In this document: piece after piece, positions 31,449 to 40,734 of the stretch
How the letters are laid out: the number at the start of each line of letters is the position of its first letter
Numbering within the stretch: position 1 is the stretch's first letter
NCBI GenBank assembly: GCA_045654165.1
Contig: JAZOMV010000012.1
Location: forward strand, 213 to 64,212
Length of the DNA stretch: 64,000 nucleotides
Source of the DNA: Christensenellaceae bacterium
Lineage (GTDB): Bacteria > Bacillota > Clostridia > Christensenellales > Borkfalkiaceae
Reading direction: 5' to 3'
Notes under the pieces: generated by a model
Told to the model about the DNA's origin: nothing
Seen by the model: the letters and a program-made list of their open reading frames with translations, nothing else
Database searches by the model: none
Position numbers and translations under genes: made by a program

Positions 31449-32186
31449 TTAGTACGGACCGACGTGAGTTGCTCTACAATAAGCGACGAGAGTTATCGTG
31501 CCGTTTACTGCAATGGTTTCGCTAACTTTAGTTTCGCTTGTAACTTCGTACAACTCGCCGTCTAATAAATAACGCCAACCCACGAAATAGAAATCAGCTT
31601 CTAGTTTTCCAACAGCGTTGCCGTTTTTATCAACAGCGACGGGGGCAGTTGACGGAATTGCATCTTGCAATTTATCATCTCTTGTAAGTTCTATGTCTGC
31701 AAGAGTGGTTTGTCCGTTTACAGCCGTGTAGGAATTTTTGTACCCCTTGCCATATTTAGAAAACTGTTCGTATTTATAATCAAGTTGATATTTTATAATA
31801 TAAACGGGGATAAGGTTACATATAGGAACGATAGTTACCTTACCGTCTTTATTAACGGCGTTTTTCACTTTGGTAAGTTCGTTAAAAGCAATTACCGTGC
31901 CGTCTTTAACATATCCCCAACCGATAAATTCGTAACCGTCGGTAACGACTTGCACGCTATCAAAGTTTTTTATTGCCGAAATCAAATTCGTGCTCGCTTT
32001 AAATCTTTTGGTGTTGATGCTACTCTTGCCGTCAACTAAAACAGAAACTTCCGTTCCGTCAACGGTATTAGTAAGTTGATAGTTTACAGCGTAAGTCTTT
32101 TCTTCTTTTTTGCAACCAAAAAAGGAAAGAGCGCATATTACTAGCAATGCAGATAACAATACTGCAAGGAATCTTTTTCTCATCAA
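31449..32186 (-). CDS. lipoprotein with two Listeria-Bacteroides-type repeats
   Basis: Lipobox LSFFGC. YEFIGWGYVKDGT...VTIVPIC and YFVGWRYLLDGELYE...ITLVAYC. Confidence 0.6.
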   Translation of the reverse strand: MMRKRFLAVLLSALLVICALSFFGCKKEEKTYAVNYQLTNTVDGTEVSVLVDGKSSINTKRFKASTNLISAIKNFDSVQVVTDGYEFIGWGYVKDGTVIAFNELTKVKNAVNKDGKVTIVPICNLIPVYIIKYQLDYKYEQFSKYGKGYKNSYTAVNGQTTLADIELTRDDKLQDAIPSTAPVAVDKNGNAVGKLEADFYFVGWRYLLDGELYEVTSETKVSETIAVNGTITLVAYCRATHVGPY

Positions 32187-32229
32187 AATACTCCTTAAAT
32201 AACTATACAGTTATTTCTTAATCTTTTTT

Positions 32230-32258
32230 ATTATACAAGATTAAAAGGTTTGTGTCAA
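32230..32258 (-). promoter_or_regulatory. consensus promoter of the lipoprotein-kinase-phosphatase-pepE-queH operon
   Basis: Minus strand: TTGACA (32258-32253), exactly 17 nt, TATAAT (32235-32230). Confidence 0.65.
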
Positions 32259-32301
32259 TAGAAAAACAAAAAACGGCGTAGCTAAATTGATTTTTTTAGC
32301 A

Positions 32302-32919
32302 TTACACGCCGTATTTTGACATAATTTTAAGTAATCCACCCAACCCGTCGTTGATTTTTTCCTTTATTTCCGTGGTAAACCCTAAATTTTCAGCAGTATA
32401 CACGGCGCTTTCAAGTTCACGCACTTGCTTTTTATCAGACGGGGTAAGTGGATAGTATTCTAGTTTAGATATAACGCTTTTTACGTGCGTAAAATTTAGC
32501 CCTAAATCTTTCGACACTTCTTCTTTAACGGGAATAGTATGAAGTCTATCCACCGTCTTTTCTTCCATGTAAATTTCCTTGTCGATAAGCCTAATCAATT
32601 CTTTAGGCGTTTGAACGGGTTTGGGTTGCCGTTTGCGAATAATTAATATCGGAATATCGATTAGCAAGGTTATTGCAAACACCATCACGCAAACCCCTGC
32701 GCTTTGATTTAACACGATTATTGCACCGACGAAAAGCAAGTTCAAAGAAACAGAATACAGAAAAAACCAAAGGCGTTTTTTTAGACCGTATTCCACCTTG
32801 CATATCGCCAAAATCAGCGCAGGCACGAACGCAAAAATCAAATGGACTAAATAAATTAAAATCGCAACGCCGACGTAGTTAGGTATACTGCCGAATAGTT
32901 CTAAGAAAAATTTTAACAT
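32302..32919 (-). CDS. hypothetical membrane protein (3-4 TM plus a soluble C-domain of about 100 aa)
   Basis: I prefer the start at MLKFFLELFG. Hydrophobic N-half, charged C-half. No family recognised. Confidence 0.5.
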   Translation of the reverse strand: MLKFFLELFGSIPNYVGVAILIYLVHLIFAFVPALILAICKVEYGLKKRLWFFLYSVSLNLLFVGAIIVLNQSAGVCVMVFAITLLIDIPILIIRKRQPKPVQTPKELIRLIDKEIYMEEKTVDRLHTIPVKEEVSKDLGLNFTHVKSVISKLEYYPLTPSDKKQVRELESAVYTAENLGFTTEIKEKINDGLGGLLKIMSKYGV

Positions 32920-32981
32920 ACGGATACTATACCTTAATACCAAGCGTAAAAACTAGGGCGTTTTGTAACTTTTTAAGAGTT

Positions 32982-35900
32982 TTAGTCGATTTCTACAAGT
33001 TCCCCCGTAAACAAGTTTACTAGCAGTTTTTTAACCACCTTTTTGCCAAGAGTTTTTTCTACTGCGTAAGCGTAAAGTTTAAGTTGCTTTTGATATTTTC
33101 GTTCTAGGCTTTCTTTGGTTAACGACGAATACTTATAGTCGATTATATACGCCTTGTCGCCGTCTATCGCAAGCAAGTCTATTACCCCTTGCAAAAGTGC
33201 TTGTTCCGTACTTTGCGTGTCGAAAATCTCTTTGCCTTCTATCCCCACGATAAAGCCTTGTTCGGGGTAAAGTTCGGCGTTTTCTAAACCGTCGAACTCT
33301 TTGTTAGATACTGCGTTTTTAATCCTTTCAAGATTAACGCTTTTAATATCTTCTAACGATACAACGCCTTTATCCACCATTTCGTTCACTTGTTTGGTAA
33401 CCTCATCCCGTCTAGAAAAATCCAGATGTTCCATTATTTTATGAGCGACGTTACCACGTTCAGTATTCGTCGTCCCCTCGTTCTCATCAAACAAAACGTA
33501 AGTGTAAGGCGCATCTTCGTCGGCGGGTAACATTGCACCCGTAACGCTATTTTTTAAAGGTAAACGAGTATCTTCAAGGCGTGGATAACTATAACTTAAA
33601 CTGCCTTTTATCTTATCCACTATCTCTTGATTAGGCGTGCCGAAAAGCACTTGTATCTTTTGTTTTGCGACTTGTTCTCTATCGATTTGGTCTATCGTGT
33701 AAGTGTCAAGATTAAAGTCTTTCGGGATATAATCTAAAAACTTTTTAGCCCCCGTAAACACCGTTTTGCGAGTGTCTTTACTTGATTTAATAGTAAGGTG
33801 TAAGGAATACGACGCACGGGTTACTGCAACGTAAAAAAGGCGCAATTCTTCTTTTAACCTATTCAAATAATTCTTTTCCCTAAGCATTGCACGAATAGGC
33901 GTTTCCTTTGCTCTACGAGTTTTATCGTCGTAATGCTTAATCGCAAAACCCAAGTCGTTATCTTTCATAATCTCAGCGTTGTCGTCTTTTGCGTTTGCGC
34001 TAAGTTCTAACCCACACACTATAACCACGGGGAATTCTAGCCCTTTAGATGCGTGTATGGTCATTACCTTAACTGCGTCTTCTTTAACGGCTTCGGTAAG
34101 CCCGAATTCAGACGGACAACTTTCTATTAAGTTCAAAAATTCCTTAACCGATAATTCGCCTTGATTTTTAGCACTAGCCGAAACCAACCTGCGCAAACGG
34201 CTAACCTTTTGCTTGCCTAAACTTTCAGCGTACAAGTTTTGCTCTAAGTTTTTGTCGGCAACAAGTCTTTTCAATACTCCGTGCGCACCCACGAAATCGG
34301 ATATTGCTCTAAGCGTTTTAATATATTCGTCAAACTCTTTAAGTTTTGCCAAGAGATCCCCGTCGCCAACTTCTAGGTAATGTTTATACGCTTGATAAAA
34401 ACCACCCGTTTTATTGTCGTCGGAAAATCTTATCGTTATTTCGGCAAGGTCTTCTTCGGTAAAGCCACCTATCGGGCTTTTAAGAGTAGATGCCAAAGGT
34501 ATATCTTGCGCAAAGCAGTCTATAAGTTTTAGCGCATTTATTACCGTGCGTATTTCAGGGAAGTCGCACACGTTTTCTTTAACGGCTGAAACTACGGGGA
34601 TACCGTACCCTAATAGCCCTTTTACTATGCTACGGACGTAGGCGTTTTCTCTATTTCTAGTTAAAACTACTATGTCCGAATACTTTACCGTACGCTTTTG
34701 CTTAGCCTTTGCGTCGTAAAATTCTTTGCCAAGTTCTTCTTCTATAATCTTTGCAACTAGCATAGCAACCGGATTTTTCTCTTTCTTTTCCGGTCTGTTT
34801 ATCTCTTTTAACAGGTCGTAAAGTCTTGGTTCTTCAGACAGGCTTTTTTCTCTTTTCGGTGGGTTTAAAAGATGCATTTGTACCCTGCCGTTTTCTTCTA
34901 TCGGGTATACCCCACCTGCTACTAACCTAGAAGTTTTTTCATAAGAAGTGCCGTATAAATCTTCGGTCATAGAATATTCGAAAATTTTGTTTACCGACTG
35001 CAAAATCCCGTCTGCCGAACGGAAGTTGTGGTTAAGCAAAACGGTTTGTCCACTTTGCTTTTCCATAAGTGCGTACTTCTTTTCAAAAATTTCAGGACGA
35101 CTACCCCTAAACCCGTAAATGCTTTGCTTTACGTCGCCAACCATAAACAAGTTGTCGCTTGAAATTCGTGTTAAAATTTCTTCTTGAACTTCGTTTACGT
35201 CTTGATATTCGTCAATAAAAATATACTTATACTTATTGCGAACGGCTTCAAGAATTTCCGGATCGTCTAAGACCTTTAAGGCAAAACGTTCCATGTCGTT
35301 AAAGTCCATACCGTTTTCTTCTCTCTTTAATTCGGCATAGGTTTTCTCGTATCTATTAATTATCTCAAATAGTCCCAAAATATGCTCTCTTTGGCTTTGC
35401 AAACTACTAAAATCCCCTGCCTTATCCAAAAAGCCACCGTTCACGTTTGAGATTATTCGTTTAAAATCATCTCTTACACCAACAAGTTTTTCTTTATAAA
35501 CTATTTGTTCACCCACGCATTTAACGGTCGACACGTCTAGTTTAAAGTCGTTAAACCGTTTAAGTTCATACAAGTCTTTGCAAGTTAAAGCGTCTTCTAA
35601 AGTGGCTTTAAGTTGTTCGGCAAAAGCCGTGTGCTTGCTTACGCCACCCTCTTGGAACACGATTATCGCTTGATCGCAAACGCTTGCGTATTCGGCAAAC
35701 TTGTCGTCTATTTCCCTTTTAAACTTATCAACCAAACGGGTAAAACCTTGTTCGGAATAAACTTCTTCTGCCATCTTGAGATATTTTTTAGAATCCACGC
35801 AGTTTTGGCAGGTTTCGTACAAGTTAATTATTAAAAACTTTAATTTTTCGTTATTTCTACCTTCAGAGTGTCGGTCTACTATACGCAGAAACCACTCTTG

Positions 35901-36341
35901 GTTTTCTTGATAAAGTTCTCTAAACACCTTGTTGATGCTTTCGTTTTTTAACTGTTGCGCTTCCCCTTCTGAAAGCACCTTGCAATCGGGCTGAATACCT
36001 ATCTTATAAAAATAGGTGCGAGCCAAACGCCCACAAAAAGAGTGTATCGTGCTTATGTCTGCCGTGGAAACTTCGGCAAGTTCTTCCGTTAATCTTTCGT
36101 CCCCACTTTGGCTTATCTTGTCGGCAAGCGCATTTTTGAGTTTTTCTTTCATTTCGCTTGCGGCAAGTTCTGTAAAGGTGGTGGCTAAAATTTGGTTTAC
36201 TTTGGCTTTGCCTTCTGATATTAGCCTTATTAATCTTTCTATCATAACGAAAGTTTTGCCACTACCTGCAGACGCCGAAACCAACAAATTACCCTTTTCG
36301 TGCTTAATTGCTTGCTCTTGCTCTTTCTTTAGTTCCGGCAT
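32982..36341 (-). CDS. addA: helicase-exonuclease AddAB, subunit A
   Basis: UvrD-type Walker A SASAGSGKTF, helicase motifs, and the C-terminal RecB-type nuclease motif (IIDYKYS). Confidence 0.9.
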   Translation of the reverse strand: MPELKKEQEQAIKHEKGNLLVSASAGSGKTFVMIERLIRLISEGKAKVNQILATTFTELAASEMKEKLKNALADKISQSGDERLTEELAEVSTADISTIHSFCGRLARTYFYKIGIQPDCKVLSEGEAQQLKNESINKVFRELYQENQEWFLRIVDRHSEGRNNEKLKFLIINLYETCQNCVDSKKYLKMAEEVYSEQGFTRLVDKFKREIDDKFAEYASVCDQAIIVFQEGGVSKHTAFAEQLKATLEDALTCKDLYELKRFNDFKLDVSTVKCVGEQIVYKEKLVGVRDDFKRIISNVNGGFLDKAGDFSSLQSQREHILGLFEIINRYEKTYAELKREENGMDFNDMERFALKVLDDPEILEAVRNKYKYIFIDEYQDVNEVQEEILTRISSDNLFMVGDVKQSIYGFRGSRPEIFEKKYALMEKQSGQTVLLNHNFRSADGILQSVNKIFEYSMTEDLYGTSYEKTSRLVAGGVYPIEENGRVQMHLLNPPKREKSLSEEPRLYDLLKEINRPEKKEKNPVAMLVAKIIEEELGKEFYDAKAKQKRTVKYSDIVVLTRNRENAYVRSIVKGLLGYGIPVVSAVKENVCDFPEIRTVINALKLIDCFAQDIPLASTLKSPIGGFTEEDLAEITIRFSDDNKTGGFYQAYKHYLEVGDGDLLAKLKEFDEYIKTLRAISDFVGAHGVLKRLVADKNLEQNLYAESLGKQKVSRLRRLVSASAKNQGELSVKEFLNLIESCPSEFGLTEAVKEDAVKVMTIHASKGLEFPVVIVCGLELSANAKDDNAEIMKDNDLGFAIKHYDDKTRRAKETPIRAMLREKNYLNRLKEELRLFYVAVTRASYSLHLTIKSSKDTRKTVFTGAKKFLDYIPKDFNLDTYTIDQIDREQVAKQKIQVLFGTPNQEIVDKIKGSLSYSYPRLEDTRLPLKNSVTGAMLPADEDAPYTYVLFDENEGTTNTERGNVAHKIMEHLDFSRRDEVTKQVNEMVDKGVVSLEDIKSVNLERIKNAVSNKEFDGLENAELYPEQGFIVGIEGKEIFDTQSTEQALLQGVIDLLAIDGDKAYIIDYKYSSLTKESLERKYQKQLKLYAYAVEKTLGKKVVKKLLVNLFTGELVEID

Positions 36342-39300
36342 TATTCGTCACCCCCTTTCATTGCGTCAACGAATACTTGATCGTCTATCTTTTTTAAACT
36401 TCTAGGTGGTAATTCTCTTTCGCAAAACGCTAAAAATTCGCAATAAGTACACACCCTTTCGTCGCAAGGCGAAGGCACGATAACACCTGAAGTCATTTGT
36501 TCTACGGCTTGCTCTGCCATTGCCTTTGCATACTTAACCCGTGCTGAAAGTTCTTGTTTGCTAGTTAGTCCGTCTATTTTCATTTCCCCCGTTTTTTCTA
36601 TACCAACGGGCAAAAATTCGCTTGAATTTGTTTCAAAAATCTCTTTATCTTGTTGTTCTACGCTTTCTCTTTCATCCAAGGTTGCACCGATCGCCAACGA
36701 CGGATCTTTAGCGTTTTCTTCTCTATAATCGTCGTTTACGGGCATATAGTAAACGCCTGCAAGTTCTTTTTTACCTTGCGTTACTTCTGTAATTGCCGAC
36801 GCATAAAGATACAACTGCAACTTTTTGCCGTTAAACAAGTTTTCCGTTTTTGCGCTTGCAGATGCAGTTTTATAGTCCATTATTCTAAAATATTTTTCGC
36901 TTTCGTCAATTCTGTCTATCTTACCCGTCATCTTAACCTTTCCACCACAAAGAGAAAGTGCAGGATAGTCGGGATTTTGCCCCATGCCGATAGTCGCTTC
37001 CGTCTTTTTCACTTTGAACTCAGAACGGCAAATAGCAAGGTAGTTTTTATAGCAAAATTTAGCGCACTCTTTAACTGCGTTTTCAAGCAACGCCCTTGAA
37101 CTTGCATCTTCAATAAAGCGAGAGTAATCGGGTTTTAACACCACTTGGTCTTTTATTTCTAAAACCAACTTGTCAGAAGTTTCTCTATCTTTTACTTCCG
37201 ACATACGCATTGCGTATTCACAAAAGATTTCGTGCATTAAATTACCGATAGAGAACCCGTCTACAACCCCTTCTTCACGACGCTTTAATCGTAGCCCGTT
37301 AGCCAAAAACGCTCTGTACGGGCATTTATAGTAATCTTCTATCTTGGTGGGCGAAACTTCGTTTCGTTCCATAACCCTTGCGCCCGACGACAAGCAAGTT
37401 TTCACTTGTTTATGCGAACGCTCTAAAAGTTTATTCAAATCTTGGTCGTTCGTTGCGCTATAAAAAGCAGTAGCCAAAGAAAAATCTTTTATTCTACCGT
37501 CGGCAAAAGCCCCACAATCTTTAGCGAACGAATTAAGCCCGTCTTTATAAGTATCGTAACCCCAACGCTCTTTAAGTGGCTTAGTATTAAACAGTTTTTC
37601 CATAAGCGTAAACGCTTCGCTCTTAACCGTTTTCGCACCGTCCACACCAACAACGGGGTATGAAACGAAAAGTTTTTCCTTAAACGCCGAAAGCGCAAGC
37701 CCTAAATTTTCACGAGTACGGTGGTTTACCACCTTGATTTTAGGCTCTACCATAACCTTGATTTCTTCAAGCGCACCTATATCCCCGTCGGAAAGCAATG
37801 CGATATCTTCTCTAACGGACGGCACTTCCGAAGTCATGCCGATCGCAAACAAATAGTCGGCTTTTGCAAGCGCCGTTTCCTTAAACCCACCAACGAAAAC
37901 GGCGTCGTTATACTGGGGTATTATTGAAAGTTCCATCGCCGATACCCCTGCCTTTAACAACTGCTTATATTCGTTTAGAGAAAGACCTATCCCAAAAAGA
38001 ATAGATTTCATTTCCCCGATAAGTTCGTTGATTTTCTTATAAACTTGGTCGTTAATAGCCTTTTCTTCTCGCTCGTTAACCTTTTCAAGCATTTCGGAAA
38101 GGCTTGTAATTTTTTCTTCTACACCTAAATCTTTAAGTAATTTTTCTAGATCAAAACTCTCAAAACAACTAACGATCTTTTGCCTGAATTCGTTTATTTG
38201 TTCAAGAGTATATTCCCCTTTTATTTCAAAAACAAACGGTTTTTTAATTTGAGAATAGTTTATATTATATTTTAACAAGTAGTTCTCAAACGCATCAGAT
38301 AGATCTTTATCTTCACAAAACAAAGGGTTTTTGAAAAACGCCGTAAGGGTTGTTCGTTCAAGATTTTTTCTAAATGCGTCTACGTAAGAAAAGAGCAAGC
38401 GCACCAACGGATGGGTTAGAACTTTTTTCTTTTCGTCTATAAAATAAGGGATTTCCAAACGCTTAAACGCACGCTCTAATTCTTCTCTATATTCCGAAAG
38501 GTTTGCAACGGCAACGGTTATCTCTTTGTATCTGCACTTGCCTTCGCTAACCAAACCCCTAATCTCTCTCGCTACTCTATCGCACTCGTCGAATTTATTG
38601 TCAGCCGAAATTAGATGGACCTTATTCGTATCCATCTTTTGATTTTTCAAACCACGGGGATTAAAGAGAGTGTCTAGTATGAGTTCACCTTCTTGGGTGT
38701 AATCTGAATTAACGATTTTCTTTTCCACCCGTTTGTTTGCGTCTTGACAAAGTTTTATAAACGCACGTTCGGTTTCCCCAACGAACACCATTTCGTTTTT
38801 GCCCGAAACCAAAATAGCCGTAACCGAACGAGCCCTTTTTAAAAGCGCTAAAATGCCTGCTCTAAGTTGGTTTGTCCAACCGTTAAAGCCAACGATATAC
38901 ACGTCGGTATTAGGGATATCTTGATCTTGCTCTATAACTTCGGGAAGATAAGAAAGCATTGAACTTTGGTCGTCTAACCCACCGTTTTCAATAAATTCTT
39001 CGTAACCTTTATACACGGCAGTCATATCTTTAAGTTTGCTTTTTAGCGTTCCTACGCATTGTTGGCTTGCCGTTTCTAGATCTTCAACGGTAACCTTTGC
39101 GCTTTTAAGTTGAATAATCAAGTCGAAAAGAGCAGGCGCTAACCCCGTTTTGCTTGCTTTGAAAGTATCTAGTTTAACGGTGGCAAGTATTCTCTTTACT
39201 GCCATTGACGAGCCTTCTTTCGTCAAAACTCTCTCTAGAGTTTTTCTACTTCTTAGGTAGTTGCCGAAAGAATAAACTTTGGTGTTAAGCGTTCCACCAA

Positions 39301-39454
39301 ACTCTGACACGATTGAACGCTCTGCCATTAGCGACACCTTTTCTTCGCAGAATATTAAGTTTTTATCCGATAGATTGTTAACCTTACCTTTAAGTTCTTC
39401 TTTGAGCAAATTAAATAGGTTAAAATAGGAATTTGTTGTAATAAGTTTAATCAT
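36341..39454 (-). CDS. addB: helicase-exonuclease AddAB, subunit B (RexB-like)
   Basis: C-terminal nuclease with Fe-S cysteines (CPYRAF ... CDERVCTYCEFLAFC) and DYKT. Its stop overlaps the addA start. No N-terminal Walker A is visible. Confidence 0.85.
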   Translation of the reverse strand: MIKLITTNSYFNLFNLLKEELKGKVNNLSDKNLIFCEEKVSLMAERSIVSEFGGTLNTKVYSFGNYLRSRKTLERVLTKEGSSMAVKRILATVKLDTFKASKTGLAPALFDLIIQLKSAKVTVEDLETASQQCVGTLKSKLKDMTAVYKGYEEFIENGGLDDQSSMLSYLPEVIEQDQDIPNTDVYIVGFNGWTNQLRAGILALLKRARSVTAILVSGKNEMVFVGETERAFIKLCQDANKRVEKKIVNSDYTQEGELILDTLFNPRGLKNQKMDTNKVHLISADNKFDECDRVAREIRGLVSEGKCRYKEITVAVANLSEYREELERAFKRLEIPYFIDEKKKVLTHPLVRLLFSYVDAFRKNLERTTLTAFFKNPLFCEDKDLSDAFENYLLKYNINYSQIKKPFVFEIKGEYTLEQINEFRQKIVSCFESFDLEKLLKDLGVEEKITSLSEMLEKVNEREEKAINDQVYKKINELIGEMKSILFGIGLSLNEYKQLLKAGVSAMELSIIPQYNDAVFVGGFKETALAKADYLFAIGMTSEVPSVREDIALLSDGDIGALEEIKVMVEPKIKVVNHRTRENLGLALSAFKEKLFVSYPVVGVDGAKTVKSEAFTLMEKLFNTKPLKERWGYDTYKDGLNSFAKDCGAFADGRIKDFSLATAFYSATNDQDLNKLLERSHKQVKTCLSSGARVMERNEVSPTKIEDYYKCPYRAFLANGLRLKRREEGVVDGFSIGNLMHEIFCEYAMRMSEVKDRETSDKLVLEIKDQVVLKPDYSRFIEDASSRALLENAVKECAKFCYKNYLAICRSEFKVKKTEATIGMGQNPDYPALSLCGGKVKMTGKIDRIDESEKYFRIMDYKTASASAKTENLFNGKKLQLYLYASAITEVTQGKKELAGVYYMPVNDDYREENAKDPSLAIGATLDERESVEQQDKEIFETNSSEFLPVGIEKTGEMKIDGLTSKQELSARVKYAKAMAEQAVEQMTSGVIVPSPCDERVCTYCEFLAFCERELPPRSLKKIDDQVFVDAMKGGDE

Positions 39455-39460
39455 AATAAT

Positions 39461-39469
39461 ATTGTATCA
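39461..39469 (-). promoter_or_regulatory. extended -10 element (TGaTACAAT) six nt upstream of the addB ATG
   Basis: Minus strand reads TGATACAAT-ATTATT-ATG. No SD and no good -35. Confidence 0.45.
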
Positions 39470-39595
39470 TATTTTAAAGATTTTTTTGGTTTTTTCCACA
39501 CAAAGTTTTACAAATTTTTTTATTTATGGTATTCTTTATAGGTAAGGTTTTATAAAAACCTTATTTTTTGAATAAAAATCCTTTCGGAGAGATAT

Positions 39596-40687
39596 ATGAA
39601 AAAATTATTCGTACTTGCAATTACAGTTTGCTTACTACTTACTGCAACGCTTGGTGGTTGTTCTTGTAACCCAGAAGTTGCCCTTTCGTTCACCAACGCT
39701 TTTTATGGCGACGGCAACGTATCTAACGTTTCTAATAACTATACCGAAGAATTAATTTACGACGTAACCTATATCAACAACCATAAAGATTACCCAACTA
39801 TAGTTAAAGATAATTCAATCAACAGCGCTATTACCGTTAATGAAGAAACTTATACTAACGGCAGTTACACTAGCACCCTTAAACTTTCGCCAAACGGTTA
39901 CCCAACCGATTTGCCTGCTAGCACGGTTGCATTAAAACTCAATTCTAACGACGGTGTGCCGATGCCCGTGTTCGTGTTGGAAACGGTATTTAAAATCACC
40001 GTTGACTATAAGACGGACGGACAAAGCCAACCTTATAACGACTTTATTAAGAACACCGTTTATTTTTGTCTTTCAGAAAACTCTTTCGCACCTATCTACG
40101 TAAAAACGGAATCGGAAGAAACTAGAGTTTCTATTGCAAACAACAAAGCAAATCTTACTAGAACGAGAAGTGAATATACCACCGTTTACCAAACTTCTAA
40201 ACATAAAATCACTACGGAAATAACTTCGTTAGAAGATGGTAGCGTTCTTTACAAAAAAACCAAAACTTACGCAGGCACGGCAAAAACTTCTATTGATAAC
40301 GCTCAATTATTCTTTATATTAAGAAATAAAACGACCAAAGTAGACGGCACGGTTAATCTACCCGTTGTATCACCTGCTTACGGAGACAAAAAAGAACTTA
40401 TCTTCAAACATAAGAAAAATTCACAATTCCCCGTTACCGTAACTTATAACGGAATTGAAGTTTCAGACACCTTGCCCGTAAGAAATCTTACTTATGCTAT
40501 AAACTCTAACAAGACTTCGGGGGCAACGCAATATCTCGTTTACCAAACGGGTAAATCTACCAATAACCTAATTGATCGCAACACTTCTCTTTTGGTTGAA
40601 TACGTTGAACCGTTAATTGCTTACGGCACAATGAGTTGTTTGGGTGGACTTAAATTCACCATTAAATCTATCAACCAAACTTTCTAA
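39596..40687 (+). CDS. hypothetical lipoprotein (363 aa, T/N/S-rich, beta-rich)
   Basis: Lipobox TLGGCSC. GGAGAG SD. No family recognised. Confidence 0.55.
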   Translation: MKKLFVLAITVCLLLTATLGGCSCNPEVALSFTNAFYGDGNVSNVSNNYTEELIYDVTYINNHKDYPTIVKDNSINSAITVNEETYTNGSYTSTLKLSPNGYPTDLPASTVALKLNSNDGVPMPVFVLETVFKITVDYKTDGQSQPYNDFIKNTVYFCLSENSFAPIYVKTESEETRVSIANNKANLTRTRSEYTTVYQTSKHKITTEITSLEDGSVLYKKTKTYAGTAKTSIDNAQLFFILRNKTTKVDGTVNLPVVSPAYGDKKELIFKHKKNSQFPVTVTYNGIEVSDTLPVRNLTYAINSNKTSGATQYLVYQTGKSTNNLIDRNTSLLVEYVEPLIAYGTMSCLGGLKFTIKSINQTF

Positions 40688-40697
40688 ATTAAAGATC

Positions 40698-40728
40698 AAA
40701 AAAACGCATGTTAAACATGCGTTTTTTT
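40698..40728. terminator. bidirectional intrinsic terminator
   Basis: aaaaacgcatg-ttaaa-catgcgttttt. Confidence 0.8.
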
Positions 40729-40734
40729 ATTTAT

